Origin: Bacteroidia bacterium
Lineage (GTDB): Bacteria; Bacteroidota; Bacteroidia; UKL13-3
Assembly: GCA_044370475.1 (NCBI GenBank)
Contig: JBILVK010000005.1
Coordinates: 1,147-65,146 of the forward strand
Reading direction: 5' to 3'
DNA: 64,000 bases
Under the pieces are notes generated by a model. The model did no database searches and had not been told where the DNA came from. It was given only the letters and a program-made list of their open reading frames with translations. A program made the translations under genes and the position numbers. Shown here one piece after another: positions 48,773-57,634 of this stretch (the stretch's first letter is position 1; each line of letters begins with the position of its first letter).

Positions 48773-51658
48773 ATGAATAAAAACCAAAAAATACACCTTT
48801 TTGTAAGATCAATACTGGCCATGTTGTGCCTTTTTGCGCAGCCAATTTATGCGCAAAGTCTCTTGGCAGCCCCAATGGTTATTAATTATACCAAACAGGT
48901 TTATAAAGGGGGTACGCAAACTTGGGATATTTGTACAGGTAAAAACGGACTGGTATTCTATGCCAACAACAATGGTTTATTGCTTTTCGATGGAAAAGAC
49001 TTTAGTAATTTTCCCCTCCCAAAAAACACCATCCTTAGGTCCATCTTTTATGATGAGACAACTCAAAGAGTTTATGCAGGCGGACAAAGTGAAATTGGTT
49101 ATTACCAATTAGAAAAAAACGGCAAAATACACTTCCAATCCCTCGCTCACCTGCTTTCTCCCAACAACAAGGGGTTCGAAGATGTTTGGGGAATTGAGGG
49201 GCACAACAACAAAATATTCTTCCAAACCACCCAGCAAATATTTTGCTACGATGGCAAACAAATTACCAGCCTCAAACCTTCAGAAAACCTCCTCGAAAAC
49301 CTACATCTAGTAAATCAAAAACTTTTCTTAACCGATATTTCTGGCAGCATTTACGAGTATAAATTTGGTGCTTTTAAACCCCTACTGCTTAATACCAAGC
49401 TCGATATTTCTGCCATTCTTCCTTACAATAACAAGGATTTGTTTATCACCACCTACAAAAATGGAATCTATCTTTTGATAAACGATAGCCTTCAAAAGGC
49501 AAAATTTAACTACCCAGAAATTCAACAAAGTAGAATCTATAGGGCCATTAAATATGGCAACCATTACCTCCTAGCCACCAACAGAGGTGGACTGTTTTTC
49601 TTAGATAACACTGGCAAAATCATCAACCGCATTAGTGTTCAAGACGGACTACAAAACAACAATGTACTCAGCCTGCATCAAGACAAAAACAAGAATGTTT
49701 GGCTTGGTCTAGATAACGGTATCGACCTGGTTAGACTTAATTATCCCTTTGGGTATTTGTACCCAGATGGCATTCTTAAAGGCACTGGATATGCCATGAC
49801 GCAGTTTGGCCCCAATTACTATTTTGCTACCAATAACGGATTATATACAAGGCCCATCCAAAGCAATACAAATACCGCTTTCCAATTGGTAGAAAACACA
49901 GAAGGCCAAGTTTGGTGGGTGCAAGAAATCAATGGCAGCCTCTTTGCCTCTCACCACGAAGGGCTTTTTCAAATCAATGGAACCTCCGCCCAAAAAATAT
50001 CCAATATTCGCGGTTGCTGGAAACTCCTTCCCCTCAAAAAACACCCAGGCTATTTTGCCCTTGGAACCTATAACGGAATCAATATTTTTAAATGGGAAAA
50101 CAATAGCCTCCAATTTGTCTCCAAACCCTTGCCATTCAAGGAATCGAGCCGCTTCTTAGAAGAAGATGAATTTGGAAATATTTGGGTGGGTCATCCCTAC
50201 AAAGGCATCTATAAAATCGGTCTGAACCAATCACTGCTCAATATAGCTTCCGTTAAACGTTACGGCAGCAAAGAAGGTCTGCCCAATGAAACAGAAAACT
50301 ATGTGTTTAACCCCGACCAAGGTTTATGCTTTGCCACATCAAAAGGTATCTATGCCTATAACCCAGATTTGGACAAGTTTCAATTGGCACAATCTCTTCA
50401 TCCATGGCTCGATTCGAGTCTTACCTACAAACGAATTTTTCAAGGAAAAAATGGCCATATTTGGTATATCACCCAATCCGAAATTGGCTACCTAAACCCT
50501 AGCTACAATGGGGTAGAATACAGCTACCAAAAAATCAAATTGCCACAATTGGATCAAAACTTGGTGGGCGGATTTGAGTTTTTGGAGGAGTGCCAAAATG
50601 GTAACCTTTTCCTAGGTGTAGAAACGGGTTTTGTACAAATAAATCTCCAGCAAATTGGTCGGTTCAAACAGGATCCACCACAGGTGATTGTTACGTCTAT
50701 TAACTCCATGGTGGAGCCAGATTCTGTCTATTATCAGTATGTAGCGCTTGGTTCAGACCAACTGGAAATTGATGATAGGTCTGTGTATTTCTCTTTGAGC
50801 TCACCTAATGCAAACTTTTATAACGACCTCAATTTCTCGAGTTATTTGGAGGGTTGGGACAAAAATTGGTCGGCCTGGAAACCCAATAATACCCGCGAAT
50901 TTAGTCGCCTCAGCTATGGCGATTATGTGCTGCGCATTAAGGCGCGCTGCATGGGCTTAGAAGGGCCAGAAACCGCTATTCGCATTCATATTCCTGCACC
51001 TTGGTATTGGACCCGCTTTGCCAAATTTGTGTATTCTATTATTGGTATTGTATTGGTGTTGCTTATTGGTTTTTACCCGCAAATGTTGGTACGCAAAAAG
51101 GCCAGCAGAATTATTGCCGAAAAGGATGATCACCACAAAAAACAAACGGAACAACTGCGCTTAGAAAAAGAAAAGCAGGAGAAAGAATTAATTGAGTTAA
51201 AAAACCAACAACTTCAAAAAGAGGTGGAGCACCAAGGCAAAGAACTGGCTTCTTCTACCATGCATTTGGTTCAGAAAAGCGAAATGCTTTTAAGCATAAA
51301 AGATAAGCTGAAGCACATCTCTAGCATTAGCAACGATCCCAAGATTAAGCCCGAAATTAGTGAGCTCATTAAAAACATTGAAAAGGATACCTTGATTGAT
51401 AAAGATTGGCAAAAATTTGAATTGTATTTTAACAATATTCACGACAGTTATACCCAGAGTTTAAAGGAGCGGTTCCCTGTATTAACGGCCAACGACATAA
51501 AAATGTGTGCTTACCTGCGGATGAATCTTTCTACCAAAGAAATTGCCACCATTCTTAACATTTCAACCCGAGGCGTGGAGATAAGTAGGTATAGATTGCG
51601 CAAGAAAATGGAATTAGAAAACGGTATTAACTTAACCGAATATCTATCTAAGCTTTAG
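48773..51658 (+). CDS. transmembrane one-component sensor: beta-propeller repeats plus Y_Y_Y domain, TM, coiled coil and LuxR-type HTH
   Basis: I prefer the start MNKNQKIHLFVRSILAMLCLFAQPIYAQ. Repeated propeller units (GL..F.......). Y_Y_Y-type segment (YSYQ..W..W...REFSRLSYGDYVLRIKA). TM helix FAKFVYSIIGIVLVLLIGFY. C-terminal LTANDIKMCAYLRMNLSTKEIATILNISTRGVEISRYRLRKKM. Confidence 0.85.
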   Translation: MNKNQKIHLFVRSILAMLCLFAQPIYAQSLLAAPMVINYTKQVYKGGTQTWDICTGKNGLVFYANNNGLLLFDGKDFSNFPLPKNTILRSIFYDETTQRVYAGGQSEIGYYQLEKNGKIHFQSLAHLLSPNNKGFEDVWGIEGHNNKIFFQTTQQIFCYDGKQITSLKPSENLLENLHLVNQKLFLTDISGSIYEYKFGAFKPLLLNTKLDISAILPYNNKDLFITTYKNGIYLLINDSLQKAKFNYPEIQQSRIYRAIKYGNHYLLATNRGGLFFLDNTGKIINRISVQDGLQNNNVLSLHQDKNKNVWLGLDNGIDLVRLNYPFGYLYPDGILKGTGYAMTQFGPNYYFATNNGLYTRPIQSNTNTAFQLVENTEGQVWWVQEINGSLFASHHEGLFQINGTSAQKISNIRGCWKLLPLKKHPGYFALGTYNGINIFKWENNSLQFVSKPLPFKESSRFLEEDEFGNIWVGHPYKGIYKIGLNQSLLNIASVKRYGSKEGLPNETENYVFNPDQGLCFATSKGIYAYNPDLDKFQLAQSLHPWLDSSLTYKRIFQGKNGHIWYITQSEIGYLNPSYNGVEYSYQKIKLPQLDQNLVGGFEFLEECQNGNLFLGVETGFVQINLQQIGRFKQDPPQVIVTSINSMVEPDSVYYQYVALGSDQLEIDDRSVYFSLSSPNANFYNDLNFSSYLEGWDKNWSAWKPNNTREFSRLSYGDYVLRIKARCMGLEGPETAIRIHIPAPWYWTRFAKFVYSIIGIVLVLLIGFYPQMLVRKKASRIIAEKDDHHKKQTEQLRLEKEKQEKELIELKNQQLQKEVEHQGKELASSTMHLVQKSEMLLSIKDKLKHISSISNDPKIKPEISELIKNIEKDTLIDKDWQKFELYFNNIHDSYTQSLKERFPVLTANDIKMCAYLRMNLSTKEIATILNISTRGVEISRYRLRKKMELENGINLTEYLSKL
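50219..50228 (-). repeat. over-represented word GGTTCAGACC (exact)
   Basis: The plus strand reads aatcGGTCTGAACCaatc. Decoded as I-G-L-N-Q in the sensor gene. Confidence 0.95.
50750..50759 (+). repeat. over-represented word GGTTCAGACC (exact)
   Basis: Context cttGGTTCAGACCaact. Decoded as L-G-S-D-Q in the same sensor gene, in the opposite orientation to 50219. Confidence 0.95.
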
Positions 51659-51727
51659 GTTAAACAGAAACGGCTCTTCCAAATTATTGGAAGAGCCGTA
51701 CCGTCAATTACACACAAAAATCAAAAG

Positions 51728-54481
51728 CTATTCTACTACTATTTTGTAGGTTTTTACAGCCTCATTCATTTCAATCTTCACTAGGTAAATACCTGCTTCC
51801 AAAGATTGAATATCTAAACTTACCATGCCATTGCTGGTATTGGTAAAACTCTTTTCTGATACTTTAGCACCTACCAAATTGTATATGCCAATTTGTGTTT
51901 TGCCCTTTACACTTTGTCCAAAATCTATATGCAAAGTTTCGTTGGCTGGGTTAGGGAAAAGTGTTGCATTGTTCAACAATACTTCTTCTAAACCTACCGC
52001 GTTACAAATGGTACAAGTATTCCAGCAATAAGCACCCACCATAATGGCGGCGGTATCTTTAATATCTACAAAACGATTGGTGAAATTACCATCTGTTTTG
52101 GTACAAGGATCGCCAGGAGCAAAAGACTCTTCATCGTCCCAATTTCCAATGGTATATTTAAAGGTATAGCTTCCTGTATCTAATGTTAAGGTAACAGAAT
52201 AAATATTGTTTCCAATTAAAGTCATTGGGGTACAATTTCCACACCAGCCATTAAAGCTACCGTTAAGCGTTACTCCTTTGCTTAAATCACCTACATAGTT
52301 TTTCATGTTTACACGGAAAGTAATTTTGGTCTTAGGTGCAGCATTGGCGCAGCTTACACAACTTTCCCAACATACAACAGGCATAGTATCATTAACCTTG
52401 TTTACTGTAACGGTTCTATTGGTAAAACCAGACTTGGTAGTAGTACAAGAAGAACCTTCTTTCAAGATTTCTTGTGCCGCCCAATTTCCGATGGTGTATT
52501 TAAAATCATATGTAGAATCTTTATCTAACAACACAGAGGCTGTCCAAACATCTGTACCTGCTTTTTTGGTCATAGGTGTGCATTTGCCACACCAGTTGTT
52601 AAAGCTACCATTTAAGGTTACGGTATCGCTAGGCGCCAAGGCGTATTTGCTCATATCAACTTGGAAAGTTAAATTGGTTTTGGTTGGACCACCAGCGGCG
52701 CAAGGACCACAAGTTTCCCAGCATACTGTTGGCAATGTTTGGTTGTTTTTACCAGTTGTAAATACCCTATTGGTAAAACCACTTGTTGTTTTGGTACACG
52801 TTAAGGTAGAAGCCAAATTTTCTGAAGATACCCAATTGCCAATGGCATACTTAAACTCATATTCTTTGGCAGTATCCAAAGCTAAGGTGGTTGTCCAAAT
52901 CTTGGTTCCAACTACATTGGTCATTTTATTACAAGCACCACACCATCCATTAAAGGTACCATTAAGCGTTACAGTATCACCAGGCGCCATTGGCACGTTC
53001 TTGGCATCAACCGTAAAAGTTACATTTACCTTCGCTCCTGGCGGCGGCGGTGTAATTCCTCCACCAAAAACTACATTGTCAAAATAATAGGTCTTTTCGC
53101 CAGTTACGCTTCCAGCAACATTAAAATTAAAGAAAGCAGAAAGCATGTTATAGGTATAAGTATAATTAATAGCTGCTGTACCTGTTCCTTGGTTGGCAAA
53201 ATTAAACTCAAGGGTTTGCCAAGCATTGGCAACAGTGGTGCGTGCATCGGTTTCAACAGACTTGGTATTGTCTCCAACTTGTTCTGCTTTTAAACGCACT
53301 ACAATTCCGCTATCTGGTGAATAAACACGCATAGTCATTTTGTTTGCAGTTGGTGAAAATGGAATGGCCTGAGCCAAACCTGCTGTGGTGCTAAGTGTAG
53401 TTCCAGCCCATGTTTCAGCGGTATTCGATTTAATTGCTTTTCCTACTTTATTGCTGCTATTGGTTGGATCAGCCACAACAGAAGAAGTATTGCCACCAAA
53501 ATCTACCATCGTGTAGTTTACATTGGCACTATCAAAATAAATTGGCACCCTAACTTGAGCCAAAACCGGACCCGTTGGAGCAACCATAGCTATATCATCA
53601 AAATAATAAACCTTGGCACCAGCTGTACTTCCGGAAACATTAAAGTTAAAGAATACAGACATCTTTTTATAGGTATTGCCATAGTTAATAGCTGCTGTTC
53701 CTGTAGCTTGGTTGGCAAAGTTAAACTCGAGTGTTTGCCAAGCATTTGCAACTGTAGTACGTGCATCTGTTTCAACCGTAATAGTATTAACGGTTGCATC
53801 TTCTGCCTTTAATCTCACCACAATGCCGCTATCAGGTGAATATACGCGCATAGTTATTTTGCTGGTAGAAGGAGTAAACGGAATGGCAATAGGGAAACCA
53901 ATAGTGCTACCAAGTGTGGAACCTGCCCATGTTTCGGCATTATTAGGTTTGGTAATCTTACCTACTTTGTTGGTAGAAACCACTGGGTCGTTTGCAACTT
54001 CACTGGTATTTCCGCCAAAATCTATCATGGCATAGCTTACATTGGTACTATCGAAACGTACAGGCAAATTCATAGGCAATAAAGAAGAACAAGCAGTACA
54101 TGAGTTCCAGCATACTGTTGGAATGGTAGTAGCAGCACTTACACTGATGGCCCTATTGGTAAAACTTCCTGAGGTAATAGTACAAGGTGAACCATTGGTT
54201 AAAGCCTCTTGAGCCGTCCAACCCCCAATGGTGTATTTAAATTCGTGGTTTCCAGCAGGAATAGAGAAGGTGCCCTCCCAAACATTGGTGGTTCCTTGTT
54301 TCACGAGTGGGTTACATCTTCCACACCAGCTGTTCCAAGTACCATTTACGTAAACGGTATCGTTTAGTCCCACATACTGAGACATGTCCACCTTAAAGGT
54401 AACATTGTAATTTTGTGCCTGCGCACTTGCCGACAGCAAGAGCAAAAGCATAAAAAGTTTAAAATTTGTAAATATTTTCAT
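51728..54481 (-). CDS. multi-CBM secreted protein with T9SS C-terminal domain
   Basis: I prefer the start MKIFTNFKLFMLLLLLSASAQAQ at 54481. Five repeats of about 100 aa of the type V.F.VDM.......V.LNG.FN.WCG.C..M......W......L....Y.FKY.IG.W (CBM20/48-like). Two repeats of about 160 aa. C-terminus LFPNPANETLHIDF...GIYLVKIEMNEAVKTYKIVV. Confidence 0.8.
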   Translation of the reverse strand: MKIFTNFKLFMLLLLLSASAQAQNYNVTFKVDMSQYVGLNDTVYVNGTWNSWCGRCNPLVKQGTTNVWEGTFSIPAGNHEFKYTIGGWTAQEALTNGSPCTITSGSFTNRAISVSAATTIPTVCWNSCTACSSLLPMNLPVRFDSTNVSYAMIDFGGNTSEVANDPVVSTNKVGKITKPNNAETWAGSTLGSTIGFPIAIPFTPSTSKITMRVYSPDSGIVVRLKAEDATVNTITVETDARTTVANAWQTLEFNFANQATGTAAINYGNTYKKMSVFFNFNVSGSTAGAKVYYFDDIAMVAPTGPVLAQVRVPIYFDSANVNYTMVDFGGNTSSVVADPTNSSNKVGKAIKSNTAETWAGTTLSTTAGLAQAIPFSPTANKMTMRVYSPDSGIVVRLKAEQVGDNTKSVETDARTTVANAWQTLEFNFANQGTGTAAINYTYTYNMLSAFFNFNVAGSVTGEKTYYFDNVVFGGGITPPPPGAKVNVTFTVDAKNVPMAPGDTVTLNGTFNGWCGACNKMTNVVGTKIWTTTLALDTAKEYEFKYAIGNWVSSENLASTLTCTKTTSGFTNRVFTTGKNNQTLPTVCWETCGPCAAGGPTKTNLTFQVDMSKYALAPSDTVTLNGSFNNWCGKCTPMTKKAGTDVWTASVLLDKDSTYDFKYTIGNWAAQEILKEGSSCTTTKSGFTNRTVTVNKVNDTMPVVCWESCVSCANAAPKTKITFRVNMKNYVGDLSKGVTLNGSFNGWCGNCTPMTLIGNNIYSVTLTLDTGSYTFKYTIGNWDDEESFAPGDPCTKTDGNFTNRFVDIKDTAAIMVGAYCWNTCTICNAVGLEEVLLNNATLFPNPANETLHIDFGQSVKGKTQIGIYNLVGAKVSEKSFTNTSNGMVSLDIQSLEAGIYLVKIEMNEAVKTYKIVVE
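53075..53548 (-). repeat. tandem intragenic repeat unit 2 (~160-aa CBM-like module)
   Basis: VPIYFDSANVNYTMVDFGGNTS...SPDSGIVVRLKAE...TTVANAWQTLEFNFANQ...YYFDNV parallels unit 1 almost residue for residue. The DNA is also visibly similar. Confidence 0.8.
53588..54067 (-). repeat. tandem intragenic repeat unit 1 (~160-aa CBM-like module)
   Basis: VRFDSTNVSYAMIDFGGNTS...SPDSGIVVRLKAE...TTVANAWQTLEFNFANQ...YYFDDI. Confidence 0.8.
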
Positions 54482-54874
54482 GTCGTGTTGATTTGTTGCG
54501 GTAAATTTAAAGCAATGCTGGAGCCTTGCCCGCATTTCCCAACCCTTCATTGCTTTCACTTGCAATCTTACTTGGAAACTAAACTACAACAATGCTACTA
54601 CAACAATATCTAAAAAATTGTTTTACAGATATTTAGAGAATTTTTGAATTAAACGAACTCCCCAAGCAAAACCCCACAATTGCCTCCTAAAGCAAAAATG
54701 CCATTCCCTTTTATAACCGTAAAACAACCTGCTAAATTAAATTAATTTTAGATTTCAAGTAAATTCAAGCTTTGCAAGAAGCTCAACTTGCAATAGAAAA
54801 AAAGTCCAAAACCAGATATAAATGCCAAAAAATGAAGCCAATTGCGCATAAAAACAGATATTTTTACTTTTTCA

Positions 54875-54905
54875 TTTGCAAAAGTGCAACAAATCCTTAC
54901 TTTTG
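54875..54905 (+). promoter_or_regulatory. candidate Bacteroidota sigma-A promoter for tRNA-Phe
   Basis: TTTG (54875-54878), 19-nt spacer, TACTTTTG (54898-54905), 12 nt upstream of the tRNA 5' end. Confidence 0.45.
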
Positions 54906-54917
54906 CACTCCCCAATA

Positions 54918-54990
54918 GGTGCGGTAGCTCAGTCGGTAGAGCAAAAGACTGAAAATCTTTGTGTCGGGGGTTCGATTCCCTCCCACACCA
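54918..54990 (+). tRNA. tRNA-Phe (anticodon GAA)
   Basis: Hand-folded cloverleaf. Acceptor GGTGCGG/CCACACC. D arm GCTC-AGTCGGTA-GAGC. Anticodon arm AAAGA-CTGAAAA-TCTTT. Variable loop GTGTC. T arm GGGGG-TTCGATT-CCCTC. Discriminator A. CCA is not encoded. Confidence 0.9.
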
Positions 54991-55005
54991 CAAACAAAAA
55001 ACAGA

Positions 55006-55040
55006 AAGCCTTGAATATTAAGTTATTCAGGGCTTTTTTG
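55006..55040 (+). terminator. rho-independent terminator after tRNA-Phe
   Basis: AAGCCTTGAATA..TATTCAGGGCTT hairpin (one G-T pair) followed by TTTTT. Confidence 0.55.
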
Positions 55041-55310
55041 TGTCTTTTAGTGGAACTATAGTGGAACTTTTGGGATATTTGACTTTTTAATCTTTGTCTA
55101 ACGAATAACTTATAACCCCTGTTTTATTAATCGAGGCATAACCTGTTTTATGATATAAGTGGAAATTCCGGACATATTGACCCCCTCTTACCGGCGCAAA
55201 CTGACCCCCTCTTTTCCGGAGTAAATTGACCCCCTCTTACCGGCGCAAAATGACCCCCTAAAATAGCATGGTTGTTTAAGCGATTATAGTCACTGTCTTT
55301 GTTTGCCCAA

Positions 55311-56885
55311 ATGGCAACATTCATGTCTAATAATCGAATCAACATGTTCAAAATTAAACAAATTATTCAACATTACACAGAAGGTCATGGTAGCAAGGCT
55401 ATCAGCAAAATTACCCACACTTCGAGAAACACTGTTAAAGACTACATCCAGAGGTTCAAGACCTTTGGAGTTCCCTGGAATGAAATTCAGAATATGGATA
55501 ACCAAACGTTATTCAATATTTTCACAAAACGTTCAGAAGAGAGTAGTCAGATTCTGGATCCTAAATACACAATGCTACAAAGCCTTCTGCCTGAAATTGT
55601 AAAGGCATTGAGAAAGAAAGGTATGACCATTTTTGAGCAATGGAGTCGGTATAAACTAAATCATCCTCAAGGGTATCAATCGTCTCAGTTTTCATTCTAT
55701 TTAAGGAGTTACCTAAAGACAAAAGAAACCTCTATGCATATTGATCACAAGGCAGGAGATAAGATTTATGTTGATTATTGCGGTGATAAACTCAAGATTG
55801 TAGACATTCTTACTGGTGAATTAATACCTGTTGAAGTATTTGTTGCCATATTGGGTTGTAGTCAATTAACCTTTGTTTGCGCTGTAAGAAGTCAGAAGAC
55901 TGAGGATTTTATTTTGGGTTGTAAATTGGCTTTTGAATATTTTGAAGGAGTAACAAGGGCGATTGTACCGGATAATCTTAAGGCAGCAGTAATCAAAACA
56001 AATAAGTACGAGCCTCAATTAAATCCACTTTTTGAGACCTTTTGCGAGCACTATGGCACAGTTGTAATACCTGCAAGGGTTTATAAGCCCAAAGATAAGG
56101 CGCTGGTTGAAGGAGCAGTAAAGTTAACTTATCAGAAAATCTATGTTGGCCTTAGAGATCAAATATTTTTTAGTCTGGAAGAATTAAATGCGGCAATCCT
56201 TGAACTTCTCGAATTATATAACAATGCTCCTTTGAATAAGGAGGAGAGCCGCAGGGTTCGGTTTGAACAGGAAGAAAGGTCGGAAATGATTCCGCTTCCA
56301 GAATTGCCTTATGAAATAAGGGAAATGAAAATTTGCACGGTTTATAACAATGGTCATATCAAACTCTCTGTTGACAAGAATTTTTATAGTGTACCCTATG
56401 AGTATGTTGGAAAAAAGGTGAAAGTCCTTTACAACTCTTCTGTTGTTGAAATATTCCACCAGTACACAATGCTAGCCAATCACCCGAGAAGTTACAGGAG
56501 AAATGCCTTTACGACTACCATGGATCATTTGGCCAGCACCCACCAGTTCATTGGAGGCAGGACTGAAGAATACTATTTAACAAAAGGATTGTCCATCTCT
56601 CCTGAAGTTGGCGCCTACCTCAAAGTTGTGTTCGACAACCATGATCACCCTGAGCAATCATTTTTAATATGTCAAGGAATCCTAAACCTATCGCCTGGTG
56701 TAGATCCCATAAGATTATCAAATGCCTGTAAAAGAGGTATGGAATATGGAGTTTACAATTACCACACTATCGTAAATATTTTAAAAAAGGGATTGGATAA
56801 CTATTCCTTAGAAGATGAAACACTATCCGAAAAAACAAAAACACCAAAACATAAAAACATTAGAGGCAAAGCCTACTATAATTAA
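55311..56885 (+). CDS. istA: IS21-family transposase IstA
   Basis: N-terminal HTH (IKQIIQHYTEGHGSKAISKITHTSRNTVKDYIQ). DDE-type core (IDHKAGDKIYVDYCGD...PDNLKAAV...PKDKALVEG). First ATG at 55311 (the ORF-track TTG is at 55299). The stop is 8 nt before istB. Confidence 0.9.
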   Translation: MATFMSNNRINMFKIKQIIQHYTEGHGSKAISKITHTSRNTVKDYIQRFKTFGVPWNEIQNMDNQTLFNIFTKRSEESSQILDPKYTMLQSLLPEIVKALRKKGMTIFEQWSRYKLNHPQGYQSSQFSFYLRSYLKTKETSMHIDHKAGDKIYVDYCGDKLKIVDILTGELIPVEVFVAILGCSQLTFVCAVRSQKTEDFILGCKLAFEYFEGVTRAIVPDNLKAAVIKTNKYEPQLNPLFETFCEHYGTVVIPARVYKPKDKALVEGAVKLTYQKIYVGLRDQIFFSLEELNAAILELLELYNNAPLNKEESRRVRFEQEERSEMIPLPELPYEIREMKICTVYNNGHIKLSVDKNFYSVPYEYVGKKVKVLYNSSVVEIFHQYTMLANHPRSYRRNAFTTTMDHLASTHQFIGGRTEEYYLTKGLSISPEVGAYLKVVFDNHDHPEQSFLICQGILNLSPGVDPIRLSNACKRGMEYGVYNYHTIVNILKKGLDNYSLEDETLSEKTKTPKHKNIRGKAYYN

Positions 56886-56893
56886 AAACAAAC

Positions 56894-57634
56894 ATGAAAA
56901 ATGAAGTAACACTTGAACAGATGAGAAAAATGAAGCTCACTGGAATGTACCGAGGCTTTAAGACAGCCTTAGAGACTCAAAGCCTTTCAACACTCACAAC
57001 GGATGAATTATTATCAATGTTGGTCGAACAGGAATGGGATGATCGACAGAACCGTATGGTAGAAAGATCGCTAAGAAATGCCAGGTTCCGCTATAAAACA
57101 AGCTTTGAGCAAATATCCTTTACAGAAGAAAGAGGAATAGACAGGAATCAAATAAACAGGTTGATGAATTGTGATTACATAGAAAAAGCAGAGAATATAA
57201 TCATAACCGGAAGCACTGGAACTGGCAAGAGTTTTTTGGGTTCGGCTTTAGGAAACCAAGCTTGTTTGGCTGGATATAAAGTGTTTTACGCTAACACCAA
57301 TCGATTATTTACTCAGATAAAAATGGCAAAAGCTGATGGGTCATCAATAAAAGAGCTAAGTCGACTCGAAAAAACGGACTTAATAATACTTGATGATTTT
57401 GGAATTCAACCCTTCGACAACCAATCAAGACTGATATTAATGGAATTGATTGAAGACAGGCATGGGAAAAAATCTACGATATTTACTACCCAGGTACCAG
57501 TTACAAATTGGTATGAAATTATCGGAGATGAAACAATTGCAGATGCTATTTTAGACAGGGTGGTACATGATGCCCATCGGATAGAATTGAAAGGAGATTC
57601 ATTACGAAAAAAGGGAAGGCCTAAAATTGAATAA
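56894..57634 (+). CDS. istB: IS21-family ATP-binding helper protein IstB
   Basis: Walker A GSTGTGKSFL, Walker B LIILDDFG. 246 aa. IstB-typical N-terminus (KLTGMYRGFKTALE). Confidence 0.9.
   Translation: MKNEVTLEQMRKMKLTGMYRGFKTALETQSLSTLTTDELLSMLVEQEWDDRQNRMVERSLRNARFRYKTSFEQISFTEERGIDRNQINRLMNCDYIEKAENIIITGSTGTGKSFLGSALGNQACLAGYKVFYANTNRLFTQIKMAKADGSSIKELSRLEKTDLIILDDFGIQPFDNQSRLILMELIEDRHGKKSTIFTTQVPVTNWYEIIGDETIADAILDRVVHDAHRIELKGDSLRKKGRPKIE

Noticed and set aside
52305-53087. 260-aa plus-strand ORF
   Set aside because: The ORF is antisense to the multi-CBM T9SS gene. It is long only because the repetitive sense strand lacks complementary stop codons.
54748-54993. 81-aa minus-strand ORF, and the plus-strand ORF 54876..55061
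   Set aside because: Both overlap the tRNA-Phe gene and its promoter and terminator. The tRNA explains the sequence.
55148-55505. Two short minus-strand ORFs at the IS21 left end, and plus-strand ORF 55303..55602
   Set aside because: They overlap the terminal repeat region or the istA reading frame. The repeated GGGGGTCA words create the open frames.
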